64,000 bases of DNA from contig CAMKJU010000007.1 in NCBI GenBank assembly GCA_946413265.1, forward strand, positions 296 through 64,295, written 5' to 3'. Positions within the stretch are counted from its first letter, which is position 1; each line of letters opens with the position of its first letter. Origin of the DNA: an uncultured Lentisphaerota bacterium (GTDB lineage: Bacteria > Verrucomicrobiota > Kiritimatiellia > RFP12 > UBA1067). The notes under the pieces were generated by a model. The model was not told the origin of the DNA and ran no database searches. It was given only the letters and a program-made list of their open reading frames with translations. Positions 43,601 through 52,149 of this stretch are shown here, piece by piece. A program made the position numbers and the translations under genes.

Positions 43601-44766
43601 TTGTTCGCGTCCCAGGAAGCGAGGCTTTCGCCGCAGTCCTTGCTTCCGAACGCGACGACGAGCGTCTGCTCAGGGGAGAGCGATACGCCGGAGAACTTGA
43701 GCGAGACGGCGCCGGTTTCTGCATTGAACGCCGCGAGCGACATCGTGCGCCCGGCGAAGACGGCCTCCGACACGCCGCTCGCCGCGAGCGATACGCCGTC
43801 CGACATGACGATGCCGTGGCCGAACGCACCGGTGCCGCCGGATTTGCCGAGCAGTTCGCCGCTTTTCTTGTCGTAGAGATACGCGACGTCATCCTTGATC
43901 ACGGGGACAAGATCGAGCTTGACCGTGCCGTCGGCCGCCGCCAGTTTGAAGCGGTAGAGGTTGTATGTCCCGCCGTTGTTCCATGTCGCATACGCCCCGG
44001 TGGAGGCAGTGTAGGTGTTGTAGGACGAAAACAGCGCGATGGGTCCGCCGACGGTGAATGTCGTGGTGGACATGGTCTTGGAGAAGAAGTTCGCACCGTC
44101 GCACTTGATATTGACCGCGCCGGTTCCGTAGTCCGCCGTCGCCGAATAGCGCTTGCCGGTCGAAATCGTGCCGGACGTCGCCGCACTGCTGCTTATCCTG
44201 TCGAACCGGAATGTCGCGTTGTTCATCGCAAAGCAAGTCATCGTCGAACTGTCGCTCGTCCCGGAGCGTGCGCAAAATATGCATTGGGTTTGGTTGACCA
44301 CCGCCGGCTTTATGTCGAACTCGACCTTGTCGGTGCAGAGCGGCTTCACGCCGGTGAGTATGTAGGCTCCGTTGCTGCCGTTGCCCGTGCCCTTGATGTA
44401 TTCGACTTCGCTGTCGTAGGGGAGGGCCGTCGCCGTGCCGGTGAAGATGCGAATGGTCTTGCCGCCGGGATCGACCGCCCAGTCGGAGGGAATTGTGAAG
44501 GTCGCGCCCGTCGCGTCGGCGGCGATGGTGCCGAGCTGGCGGCGGCAGGGCCATGCGGCGAAGTCCGTGCCGTAGTCCTTGTCGCCGTAGGCGATCATCA
44601 CGGTCTCTTCCGCCTCCGCCGTCCCGCCGAGCGCCAGCGCGATTTCGCGCGTCGCCGGGTCGATGGACTCGACGGACACAGTTCTTTCGGCGAACGCCGA
44701 CAAGGATGCCCCTGCGACGCAGACTGCGGCTGCGGCACTTTCGATTTTCAACAACTTGAACAACAT
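40627..44766 (-). CDS. large secreted repetitive protein (three modules of about 400 aa), function unknown
   Basis: Signal peptide MLFKLLKIESAAAAVCVAGASLSAFA. Thrice-repeated blocks such as TLVVA[FW]G..D[CY]G..L..W...G TVAADATSGT[YF]TLPA and EYCLY[ND]....L..N.GAEGT.F.GG. Confidence 0.75.
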   Translation of the reverse strand: MLFKLLKIESAAAAVCVAGASLSAFAERTVSVESIDPATREIALALGGTAEAEETVMIAYGDKDYGTDFAAWPCRRQLGTIAADATGATFTIPSDWAVDPGGKTIRIFTGTATALPYDSEVEYIKGTGNGSNGAYILTGVKPLCTDKVEFDIKPAVVNQTQCIFCARSGTSDSSTMTCFAMNNATFRFDRISSSAATSGTISTGKRYSATADYGTGAVNIKCDGANFFSKTMSTTTFTVGGPIALFSSYNTYTASTGAYATWNNGGTYNLYRFKLAAADGTVKLDLVPVIKDDVAYLYDKKSGELLGKSGGTGAFGHGIVMSDGVSLAASGVSEAVFAGRTMSLAAFNAETGAVSLKFSGVSLSPEQTLVVAFGSKDCGESLASWDANKRFPLGTVAADATSGTYTLPAPAIATGTFFRLFLVDGATVDDAYDEEVAWIQPETLGAYMNTGFVPSQNPKAEFKMNMDGKSYSDTWAYVIRASTGWPNHIQLGVNGSGQINNTRVGNITFQAVSTTADHVITLSYQYSDRSSNSIKIDGKTATPTTNWNNYNNNQVVKPANPLFLWSNHTGDGNFSAVKIYYMKWMNTSGTVEANFIPVKKDGEYCLYNKNNSTLIHNLGAEGTAFKGGAVVGYPALTPSGGQSASAAKKSGTVGITEFDNSTFNATLTWTAPGKEASVWMVYKVLEDGEEPEDVALDDWDAGYKLGDITATSTGGTFTVGNLPTSGRSAVRFVVAPADATPGDIAPLMYSAAMLYEVEEGVPILDMANCAITASGDTATVAWALAKAGTDAPDVKATFSAEGVEHNAVLAEDRTTGSSGTAMVSGLWSKGAITATLYAENSVGVSTPVVVTLGATGVASIPSAPVLEPDTSLKQIAASGTVAAGSGTTVAWLEYGATTAYGTKIGLTLGEEGAWTATIPFDDVLWTAGKAYVRVTASNEVTGVFGTVAWQNEASANTTFAKSVRTMELTGLDETAGTATLAFGGDAAAAQTLVVAWGDQDYGANLDDWPYAQHAVIGTVAADATSGTFTLPAEALVSGNCYRFFLGDSIIEGAEWIQPAVEGAYMNTGFMPTAGSTMHAKVNFDSQTYSEEVDFYHAGGYRLRITADRKFHVFMPNNGNDSFGEFPAAEDLSLSMRYVKGGGAVKVFNVNGTGYGSNNFNWNGSGYVVKDATVPLYIFSSYGGAGGYSKLKLYGMSWTNSSNNAIANFIPAKTGGEYCLYDTVGKKILRNAGAEGTSFTGGGYDYVNAICFANVQTAATDARFAGPIELTALDYGTFDATLVWPALPAASTLWVVFSGRSPGEDPGAFNLADWDECVKLDDIAVGSEGGTYNLGDPSGTKRATMRFIIATAGSTAEDITPLNVSGAYRFKKEGLSVFIR

Positions 44767-44865
44767 GCTGCGCTCCTTTAGTTGGAAACCATCTTTTCGA
44801 GGAAACCTATTCCCCAAATCCGCATGTTAGTTTAGCATTTTTTTGTTGGTCGTCAAGCGCCAATT

Positions 44866-46233
44866 CTACACGAAAGGCGCAGAAGCCCATTTGCCGCGCG
44901 TGAAGTCCGGGATGTCGCACGCCTGCGAGCGGTTGCGGACACTCCTTTCGCTCAGCTCGAAGATCGAGCTCCATGCCGCGAAGTCGTACACGCTCATGTC
45001 GAGCGGCAGTCCGTTCCGCAGGCAATAAGCCCAACGGTAGTCCATGAGGTAGTCCTGTCCGCCATGGCCGTTGTCCTTCTTCGCGGCCTCCCGCTGTTCC
45101 CTCCAGAGCGGCGATCCGTACTTGGCGCGGAAATCCGCGAGTTCGGCACCCGCCATGAACCTGTTCGCGCCCCCGTTGAACCGCTTCTCCAGCGCCACCT
45201 GCAGCGGGCGCGTGGACAGCATTCCGTTAAAACCGTATATTCTGTTGCCGCGGGTGTACGGCATGGGCACGTTGTTGCACTGGCGCAGCTGGATCGTCCG
45301 GCCCTTGACGGTGCGGATCGAGGTGGTGTTGAAGTCGTTGGCCTCGAACTTGATCTTGGCCACGGGCGCGTCCGGACCATAGGTCCTGCGTGCGAGCTCC
45401 TGCCACCCGTATGCCTTGGAGCCCATCGAGACGAGATACTCCATCCGGTCGCCGCGGTTGATGTTCATCGCGAGCGAGATCGGGCCCAGGGCGTGTACCG
45501 GGTAGCACATCCCCGTATGGTCGATCAATGCCACGAGGGACGAGAACATCTGTTCGCGCTTGGGGCCGCGGAAGCCCTGGGAGTTGGGCCCCACGAAGCG
45601 CGTTTCGTGCAGGTAGTCGCCTTCGCCGTGTACCAGTTCGCCGAACACGTTCTGCCGCGCGGCGTTGATCATCGTCATCGCGTCCTCGTCGTAGCAGCAG
45701 TTCGAGAGCATCATGCAGTGGCAGCGGTTCTTCTCCGCCAGCTCCACCGCCTCCCACGCCTCGTCGACGGACCGGACGCCCGGCACCTCGACCATCGTGT
45801 GAATGCCGCACGTGAGCGCATGGAGCGCGATTTTGGCGTGAGACGTCCAGTTCGTGTTGATGTGGACAACGTCGCATACGCCGGAATCGCACAGCGCCTT
45901 GTACGCCTCCGGACCGATGAAGAGCCTCGGCTCCCTGAAGCCGTGCGCTTTCATCTGCTGCTGATGCCGCTTCGCCTTGGCCTCGTCGAGCTCGCACAGC
46001 GCGACCACCTCGACGCCCGGCACGTTGCACAGGCGGTGCACGGCGGCGCCGCCGCGTCCGCCCGTGCCGACAACCGCGACGCGGATCCTGTCCAGTTTCG
46101 GCGCAACGAACGCGCCGCTCTCGGCGCCCTGAGCGCGGCTCCCGATCGCCGCCGCCGTCGCGGCCAAAGCGACCTTTTCAAGAAAGCCTCTTCTGCTGAT
46201 TTCCAGCTTTGCGGACATGTCGGTTTTCCTCAT
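44866..46233 (-). CDS. Gfo/Idh/MocA-family oxidoreductase with Tat signal (GH109-like)
   Basis: SRRGFLEKVALAATAAA twin-arginine motif and IRVAVVGTGGRGG Rossmann fold. An alternative ATG exists at 46218. Confidence 0.75.
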   Translation of the reverse strand: MRKTDMSAKLEISRRGFLEKVALAATAAAIGSRAQGAESGAFVAPKLDRIRVAVVGTGGRGGAAVHRLCNVPGVEVVALCELDEAKAKRHQQQMKAHGFREPRLFIGPEAYKALCDSGVCDVVHINTNWTSHAKIALHALTCGIHTMVEVPGVRSVDEAWEAVELAEKNRCHCMMLSNCCYDEDAMTMINAARQNVFGELVHGEGDYLHETRFVGPNSQGFRGPKREQMFSSLVALIDHTGMCYPVHALGPISLAMNINRGDRMEYLVSMGSKAYGWQELARRTYGPDAPVAKIKFEANDFNTTSIRTVKGRTIQLRQCNNVPMPYTRGNRIYGFNGMLSTRPLQVALEKRFNGGANRFMAGAELADFRAKYGSPLWREQREAAKKDNGHGGQDYLMDYRWAYCLRNGLPLDMSVYDFAAWSSIFELSERSVRNRSQACDIPDFTRGKWASAPFV

Positions 46234-46268
46234 GTTGATTTTCCTCTCGCAGTTCGTCCACGGCGGAC

Positions 46269-46277
46269 ATTATACCA
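46269..46277 (-). promoter_or_regulatory. extended -10 (TGGTATAAT)
   Basis: Minus strand TTTGTGGTATAATG, about 35 nt before the ATG at 46233. Confidence 0.4.
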
Positions 46278-46662
46278 CAAATCTCTGGGAAGTTGGGGCC
46301 CCCCGCAGATTATTGGCGGCGACACCCCTACTGTACCTCCACCACCACCTTGAAGAACCGCATCGCCGCCTTCTCCGCCGCCGTCGCCCCTTCAAATTAT
46401 TCAGCTTTCAACTTGTAGAACCGCTGCGGGTCGGATTTGTGGTTGAAAATCAGCATGCCGTTGTCGCCAACCGTAAGCGCGGGTGAGGGGAGGGTGAGGG
46501 AGGAAGACCAGAGACCTGAGACTCGCGGAGACATTGAGACTTTGGCGGCCTTGTGTGGCACGTCACTTATCGCGATAGGTGAAATGGCGGGTACTGGGCG
46601 TGAGATTACGGTGCGGAACGTGGTTTGTGGGAATTTCGGCTCGGCGGGACGCCTCGCCCCAC

Positions 46663-49600
46663 CTAGGCCTTCTCGTCCGGCATCGGCTTCACGCCGATGT
46701 CCGCCAGGCGCATCGAGATGATGCGCGAAATACCCTTCTCCTGCTGGCTCACGCCGTAGACGAGGTCGCTACCTGCGATGGTGTGCTGGTTGTGCGTGAT
46801 AATCAGGAACTGCGAGCGGTCGAGGAAGTCCTTCAGGGCCTCCACGAAACGCCCGATGTTCGCGTCGTCGAGAGCCGCGTCGAGCTCGTCCAGCATGCAG
46901 AACGGCGCGGGCTTGATCATGAAGATCGCGAACAGCAACGCGACAGCCGTCATCGTGCGCTCGCCGCCGGAGAGGAGCGTGACGCTCTGCGGACGCTTTC
47001 CGGGCGGACGCGCGATGATGTCGATACCGCATTCCAGCGGGTCCTCGGCGTTCTCGAGCAACACGAGGCGCGCCTCGCCGCCGTTGAACAGCTTCGTGAA
47101 CATGCGCTGGAAGTTTTCGTTCGCCTGCTCGAAGGTGCTGCGGAACATCTCGCTCGACTTCGAGTTCAGGTTCGTGATCAGCTCAAGTATCTTCTCGCGT
47201 GCGGCGAGGAGGTCCGCCTCCTGCTCCTTCTCGCGCGTGTAGCGTTCCTCCAGCTCGCGGAAATCGTCGATAGCCGCCATGTTCAGCGGACCGAGCGCCG
47301 CGATCTGCGCGTTCAACTCGTTCACGCGGGCCTCAAGCGTCTCCGGCGGCGGCGGTTCCTTGCCCTTCCCCCAGTCCGGATCCGGCTCGCGCAACACGGC
47401 CTGCGCGTCGAGTCCGTATTCCTGGCTCAGGTGCTCGTACACGTTCTGGCGGCGCATGGACGCCTCGGTGGCGGCGACCTCGAGCTTGCCCTTGAACGTC
47501 CGCGCCTCGTCGAGCGCCCGACGGCGCTCGCCCACGGACGCCTCGGCCGCCGACAGGCGGGCCTGCAACTCGCCGCGCGACGCCCGCGCCTCCTCCACCT
47601 GTCCGTGGATCGCGGACGCCTTCTCCTTCAACTCGTCCAGGGAGCCCATCAGATCCACGGTCTCGTCCTGCAGACGCTGGATCGACTCCTCGTACCCGCG
47701 GATGCCGGCCTCACGTCCCTCGATCATCTTCTGCAGCTCCGAACGCCGGCGCGCGGCGTCCGCGCCCTGCTGCGCCGTGAGCTGGAGCTCGTTCTCCATC
47801 TGCGCCGCCGTGATGCGCCGCTCGGTGAGCTTGCGGCTCTCCTCGGCGTGCGCGATCTCCACGCGCTGCAGCTCGTCCTGCTGCTGCGCCGTACGCTCCA
47901 TCAGCGCGTCGCGCTTCGCGAGCGTCTCCTCCAAATCCTGCACCAGCGCGGCACGCCGCGCGTCGTCGCCCGCGTTGGCCTCGACGAGCGTCTTCAGCTC
48001 CGCCGACACCGCATCGAGGCGCGCCTTCACGGCCGCCGCGTCGCGCGCGACGGTGCCGTGTTCGCCCTCCGCCTGCGCCGCGCCGCGCCGGGCCGCCGTG
48101 AGGCGTTCCTCGGCCGCGCGCGACTCGTCCGTGAGCGCGATCGTGCGCGCCGCGCCGGTTTCCAACGTCTCCTTCGCGCGCGCGATGCGGTTGCGCAGGT
48201 CCTCCAGCTCGTTCTCGGCCTCGGTAATCGGCGAACGGTGTCCGGACGACGGGGCAACCGCCGTCGAGGGCGTCCACTTCCCGTCCGCGCCGTCCACGAG
48301 CACCACGTCGCCGAGCAGACGGTCCGCCGTCTCGCGGTCGCCCTCCGACAGCGCCAGATGGTCCACGAGGCGGTCACCGGCCGCAACGGCCGCCGCGCCT
48401 TCGCGCCCCGTCTCCACGGCAACGATCCGCACGTCGCCCGAAACATCCTGCAACACGTTCTCGAGCACGGCCTTCGCGGCCGTCTCGTCCTTCAGCATCT
48501 CCAGCTGCGCGCCCTTCTCGGCTGCGGCTGTCTGCATCTCGCCCAAGTGGTCGCGCGCCTCGGCGATCTCCTCGCGCAGGGTCGTGAGCGCCTCGGACGC
48601 CGCCCGGGCCAGTTCCGCCGCTTCGGCCTCCGCCGCCTTCGCCGACGCAAGGCGCGCCTCGACGTCCGCCAGATTTTTCTGCGCCTCCGCGTCGCTCGCC
48701 TGGAGCTGCGCCTCTTCGCTCGTCAGGCGTTCGCGCTTGAGAATCACCTCGCGCGCCTGGTTCTCCAGACGCGCGATCTCGTCGCGCACCTCGGTGGCAT
48801 GGCGGTCGCAGGCGACGGACTCGAACCGCCCCTGCTGCAGACCCTGGCGCAACGCGTCGATCTTCGTGGTCGACTCGCCGAACGTCGCCTCAGCCTCCTC
48901 GAGCGCCTCCCGCGCGCTCGCAAGCCCGTCCTCCAGCAACGCGGTCTTCTGCTGGAGCGACTCCGTCTGCATCCCGATTTCCTCGAGCTGCTGGCGGGTG
49001 AGGTCGATTTCGCGTCCGTCGCGGTCGCGCCACGCACGATACTCCGCGATGCGCTGCTCGTTGACGCCGATCACCTCGCGGGCGCGGGAGTAGGCGCCGT
49101 CTGCGGCCGCCGCCTCCGTCGCGAGCGAACCGAGACGCTCCTCGAGGGCGTGCATGTCCGCATGGATCTGCTGCGTGCCGCTCTCGGCGGCGTTCACCTC
49201 GGCGGTGAGGTCGATGATCGACTGGTCCGTTTCGCGCTGCTTCTGGGCGTTGCCCTCGAGCGCGAGGTTGAAATACTGGAGTTTTCCCTTGCAGAGGAAG
49301 ATGTCGAGCCCGCGCAGCTCCTCGTGCAGTTCCTTGTAGCGCTTGGCCTTGCCTACCTGACGCTGGAGGGAGCCGATCTGGCGCTTCATCTCGCGCAGGA
49401 CGTCCGCCTCGCGCTGGAGGTTCTGCTCGGTCTGGTCGATCTTGCGCATCGCCTCCTTGCGGTCGGCCTTGAACTTCGTGATGCCGGCCGCCTCCTCGAA
49501 CACCGCGCGGCGGTCCTCGGGCTTCGACGAGAGAATCGCGTCGATCTGGCCCTGCGCCATCACGGAGTAGGACGACGTGCCGATGCCCGTGCCCATGAAG

Positions 49601-49980
49601 AGGCGCTTGATGTCCTTCAAACCGCAGCGCACCTTGTTGAGGAAGTACTCGCCCTCACCGGAACGGTAGACGCGACGCGTGACCGTGACCTCATGGTACT
49701 CGGTGCCGAGTTCCTTCTCGCAGTCGGCGAAGGTGATGGACACCTCGGCGAGGCCGAGCGGCTTGCGCGTGTCCGTGCCGTTGAACACCACGTCCACGAG
49801 CTTTGAGCAGCGGATCGCCGTGGGACGCTGTTCGCCCAGCACCCAGCGGATCGCGTCCGACACGTTCGACTTGCCGCAGCCGTTCGGCCCGACAATGGCG
49901 ATCATGCCCGGCTCGAACGTGAGCCGGGTGCGGTCCGCGAAGGACTTGAAGCCGAGTATGTCCAGTTGCTTGAGGTACAT
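46663..49980 (-). CDS. smc: chromosome segregation protein SMC
   Basis: MYLKQLDILGFKSFADRT...IVGPNGCGKSNVSDAIRWVLGEQ, long coiled coils, a hinge, and the C-terminal LSGGERTMTAVALLFAIF...LDELDAALD. Confidence 0.95.
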   Translation of the reverse strand: MYLKQLDILGFKSFADRTRLTFEPGMIAIVGPNGCGKSNVSDAIRWVLGEQRPTAIRCSKLVDVVFNGTDTRKPLGLAEVSITFADCEKELGTEYHEVTVTRRVYRSGEGEYFLNKVRCGLKDIKRLFMGTGIGTSSYSVMAQGQIDAILSSKPEDRRAVFEEAAGITKFKADRKEAMRKIDQTEQNLQREADVLREMKRQIGSLQRQVGKAKRYKELHEELRGLDIFLCKGKLQYFNLALEGNAQKQRETDQSIIDLTAEVNAAESGTQQIHADMHALEERLGSLATEAAAADGAYSRAREVIGVNEQRIAEYRAWRDRDGREIDLTRQQLEEIGMQTESLQQKTALLEDGLASAREALEEAEATFGESTTKIDALRQGLQQGRFESVACDRHATEVRDEIARLENQAREVILKRERLTSEEAQLQASDAEAQKNLADVEARLASAKAAEAEAAELARAASEALTTLREEIAEARDHLGEMQTAAAEKGAQLEMLKDETAAKAVLENVLQDVSGDVRIVAVETGREGAAAVAAGDRLVDHLALSEGDRETADRLLGDVVLVDGADGKWTPSTAVAPSSGHRSPITEAENELEDLRNRIARAKETLETGAARTIALTDESRAAEERLTAARRGAAQAEGEHGTVARDAAAVKARLDAVSAELKTLVEANAGDDARRAALVQDLEETLAKRDALMERTAQQQDELQRVEIAHAEESRKLTERRITAAQMENELQLTAQQGADAARRRSELQKMIEGREAGIRGYEESIQRLQDETVDLMGSLDELKEKASAIHGQVEEARASRGELQARLSAAEASVGERRRALDEARTFKGKLEVAATEASMRRQNVYEHLSQEYGLDAQAVLREPDPDWGKGKEPPPPETLEARVNELNAQIAALGPLNMAAIDDFRELEERYTREKEQEADLLAAREKILELITNLNSKSSEMFRSTFEQANENFQRMFTKLFNGGEARLVLLENAEDPLECGIDIIARPPGKRPQSVTLLSGGERTMTAVALLFAIFMIKPAPFCMLDELDAALDDANIGRFVEALKDFLDRSQFLIITHNQHTIAGSDLVYGVSQQEKGISRIISMRLADIGVKPMPDEKA

Positions 49981-50010
49981 TTACAGAAGCGCTGTTTTGT
50001 TGAAGCGTGT

Positions 50011-50019
50011 ATGATACCA
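50011..50019 (-). promoter_or_regulatory. extended -10 (TGGTATCAT) upstream of smc
   Basis: Minus strand TTTTGGTATCAT, 30 nt before the ATG at 49980. Confidence 0.35.
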
Positions 50020-50064
50020 AAATCGCGGCCTGACCGCAATCCCGATTCGACAATTCACCTTCTG

Positions 50065-51516
50065 CTATTCGCGCGATGGCACCGGGGCGTCAATGCCGAA
50101 CAGACGCGGAGCGGGGATGATGAAGTCAAAGAAATCGCTATCCGGCACAACAGGCGAAAGCTCCCCCGCATAGACGAGGACCGTCCTCACGGACATGCCT
50201 CGTCTCAGCGGCAGACGCGCAACCTTCTCGCGCACGTCATCCACCACGTCACCACGAATCTCCCGCCTACGCTTCACTTCCACGACATACGCCGTACTGC
50301 TCGTCTGCAACAGAAGGTCGATCTGGCATCCCCCGCCACGGGACATGAGCTTGTTGCGGTAGGCGGCAGCGGAGACGAAACTCCTGTTCCCCAGCCCCAG
50401 GGCGTCAAGGAGCGTCGGCAGATTGTTCATGACTAGGTTCTCGAACTGAAACCCCATCACGCTCTCCCAGCCTGGAAGTGCGGCAAGGGAAGAAAATCTG
50501 TAGGCGCCGCGTCTGATCTCCTCGGAGACGGGAAGCACGTATCTAAGGAAGAAGCGCGCGTAGTTGTCGCGTATGCGGTAGCGCCCCGTCCGGGCACGAC
50601 GGCCTGTCGCCGGATTCAGACCGCCGTCCTCATCGATGAAGCCCGCCACTTTCAGCTCCTCCAGCGCTTCTGACATGTGGCCGTTGCGCTCCCGGTCCAG
50701 CCGTTCCGCGATTTCGGACGTGCCGAGCGATTCCCTCGCCAACGCATGGAGGATGTCCTTCTTGAGCGTATTGGAGTCGCTGAGCATGTCGTTGAATATC
50801 TCATTGAAATCCCTGAACAGGTAACCCTCGGGCGTGAAACAGGTTCGCCTGATGTTTTCATCCGCCGGAAGCGCGAAATCCATCTCCTCCAGATAGCGGG
50901 GCACCCCGCCGGTCACGGCCAAGACGTCCAGAATCTCACGCCAATCCGTCCGCTTGGCCCGCGCCCCCCAGAACTTGAGGCATTCCGTAGGTGGCAGTTC
51001 TGGAACCACCACGTCAAGCGAGACCCGCCCCACAAAACCCTTGCTTCCGAGAATGTTCTTCTGTATCCACGTGGACACGGATCCGCAGAGAAAGACGATC
51101 AACCGAGGATGCTCGTGGAAAAGGTTGTCCCACGCGACCTTCAGTTTCGCCGGAAACCGATGGTCGTACTTGCCCATCCAGGAAATCTCGTCAAGCAGAA
51201 CGACCGTCTCCCGGTTGTCCAGGACAGAATCAAGAAGCTCGAACGCATCGCCCCAGTCGGATACCTTCGTCTTCGGAAGCCGCGTCTGCCGCGCAAGCCG
51301 CCGCGTGAACTCGTCGAGCTGGTCCTGGTTCGTCATGCCCTCGTCGGGGGCGAGGCCTTCAAAGCTCAGAAACCTAGCGCCGCTTCGCACTGCGAACTGC
51401 TTCAGCAGCGTGGACTTGCCGATGCGCCGCCGTCCGCGACAGACGACGAGCGACGGAACTTTCTTCCGCCACAATTCCGTAAACCGCGCCAGGATCTCGC
51501 TGCGTCCGTAAAACAT
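50065..51516 (-). CDS. AAA-type ATPase (archaeal-ATPase/DUF234-like)
   Basis: FYGRSEILARFTELW...VCRGRRRIGKSTLLKQF (Walker A) and VVLLDEISWM (Walker B). The C-terminal DUF234-like region has a restriction-endonuclease-like tail. Confidence 0.65.
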   Translation of the reverse strand: MFYGRSEILARFTELWRKKVPSLVVCRGRRRIGKSTLLKQFAVRSGARFLSFEGLAPDEGMTNQDQLDEFTRRLARQTRLPKTKVSDWGDAFELLDSVLDNRETVVLLDEISWMGKYDHRFPAKLKVAWDNLFHEHPRLIVFLCGSVSTWIQKNILGSKGFVGRVSLDVVVPELPPTECLKFWGARAKRTDWREILDVLAVTGGVPRYLEEMDFALPADENIRRTCFTPEGYLFRDFNEIFNDMLSDSNTLKKDILHALARESLGTSEIAERLDRERNGHMSEALEELKVAGFIDEDGGLNPATGRRARTGRYRIRDNYARFFLRYVLPVSEEIRRGAYRFSSLAALPGWESVMGFQFENLVMNNLPTLLDALGLGNRSFVSAAAYRNKLMSRGGGCQIDLLLQTSSTAYVVEVKRRREIRGDVVDDVREKVARLPLRRGMSVRTVLVYAGELSPVVPDSDFFDFIIPAPRLFGIDAPVPSRE

Positions 51517-51545
51517 AATTCCGATCTCCTCGAATGTTTGCTGGG

Positions 51546-51554
51546 ATTATACCA
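51546..51554 (-). promoter_or_regulatory. extended -10 (TGGTATAAT)
   Basis: Minus strand TTCTGGTATAAT, with a GAGGAG RBS before the ATG at 51516. Confidence 0.4.
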
Positions 51555-51582
51555 GAAACGCGCAGCAGCAGCAACACAATTC

Positions 51583-51670
51583 GGGCACCAAATTGCATTT
51601 TTGCAATTCCGTGCCCGGAATCCCGCCCGACAGGCAGGGCACGAAATTGCTTTTTCAGCAATTCCGTGCC
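51583..51670. repeat. two tandem palindromic hairpins of about 34 bp (GGGCAC-N4-TTGC...GCAA-N4-GTGCC)
   Basis: 51583-51616 GGGCACCAAATTGCATTTTTGCAATTCCGTGCCC and 51637-51670 GGGCACGAAATTGCTTTTTCAGCAATTCCGTGCC. Confidence 0.8.
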
Positions 51671-51680
51671 GAACCTGCAT

Positions 51681-52091
51681 TCACTTCTTGGGTGCGCCGT
51701 GCTGCTTGCAGAAGTTGTAGCCCGGCTCGGGGGCGCGGGTGCAGCGCGTACCCTCGTAGGTGAGGGCGCGGCAGCGCGTGGGCGAAACCTTCACCTTGCG
51801 GTCGGCCGCATGCATCTTGCAGTAGTCCTTTTCACCGTCCTTGCGGTTCTTGCAGCGCGTGCCGTTCGCCGACATGCACCAGCAGGTACCGTCGTCCTTT
51901 GGTTTTTCCTTGCCCTTCTTCGTCACGCCGTCCTGCGCGGAGAACTTCGCGCCGTTCAAGCCCACGGACGCGCCTGTGGTGCGGGTCGGACCCGAACCGG
52001 CTGGATAGCCGTTCCTGAAGCTGCGGTGGAACGTGTATCCCGACGCGGCGAGCGCCACCGCCGCGACGCATGTCATCAGAATCTTCTTCAT
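51681..52091 (-). CDS. small secreted basic Cys-rich protein with a duplicated C-x-GTRC-x-C-x2-H motif
   Basis: Signal peptide MKKILMTCVAAVALAASG. Motifs CMSANGTRCKNRKDGEKDYCKMH and CRALTYEGTRCTRAPEPGYNFCKQH. Confidence 0.6.
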   Translation of the reverse strand: MKKILMTCVAAVALAASGYTFHRSFRNGYPAGSGPTRTTGASVGLNGAKFSAQDGVTKKGKEKPKDDGTCWCMSANGTRCKNRKDGEKDYCKMHAADRKVKVSPTRCRALTYEGTRCTRAPEPGYNFCKQHGAPKK

Positions 52092-52149
52092 TTCATTTCT
52101 CCTTTCAACAACAGAGAGCGCTCACGGCGATCCTGGAATCTTACGGTGT

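Noticed and set aside
46397-46500. Short C-terminal coding fragments in intergenic DNA: ...TVGDNGMLIFNHKSDPQRFYKLKAE (stop at 46397-46399), and ...EWASPTNSAHRFFKVKVELP (stop at 56607-56609).
   Set aside because: They have no start codon, no RBS, and an in-frame stop just upstream. They look like relics of the 3' ends of larger genes, so they are not annotated as CDS.
51583-51670. Canonical sigma-54 promoters in the twin palindromes.
   Set aside because: The GG-to-GC spacing is 9 nt rather than the strict 10 nt on both strands and in both copies. The elements are perfect palindromes located right after a stop codon, which fits hairpins or operators better.
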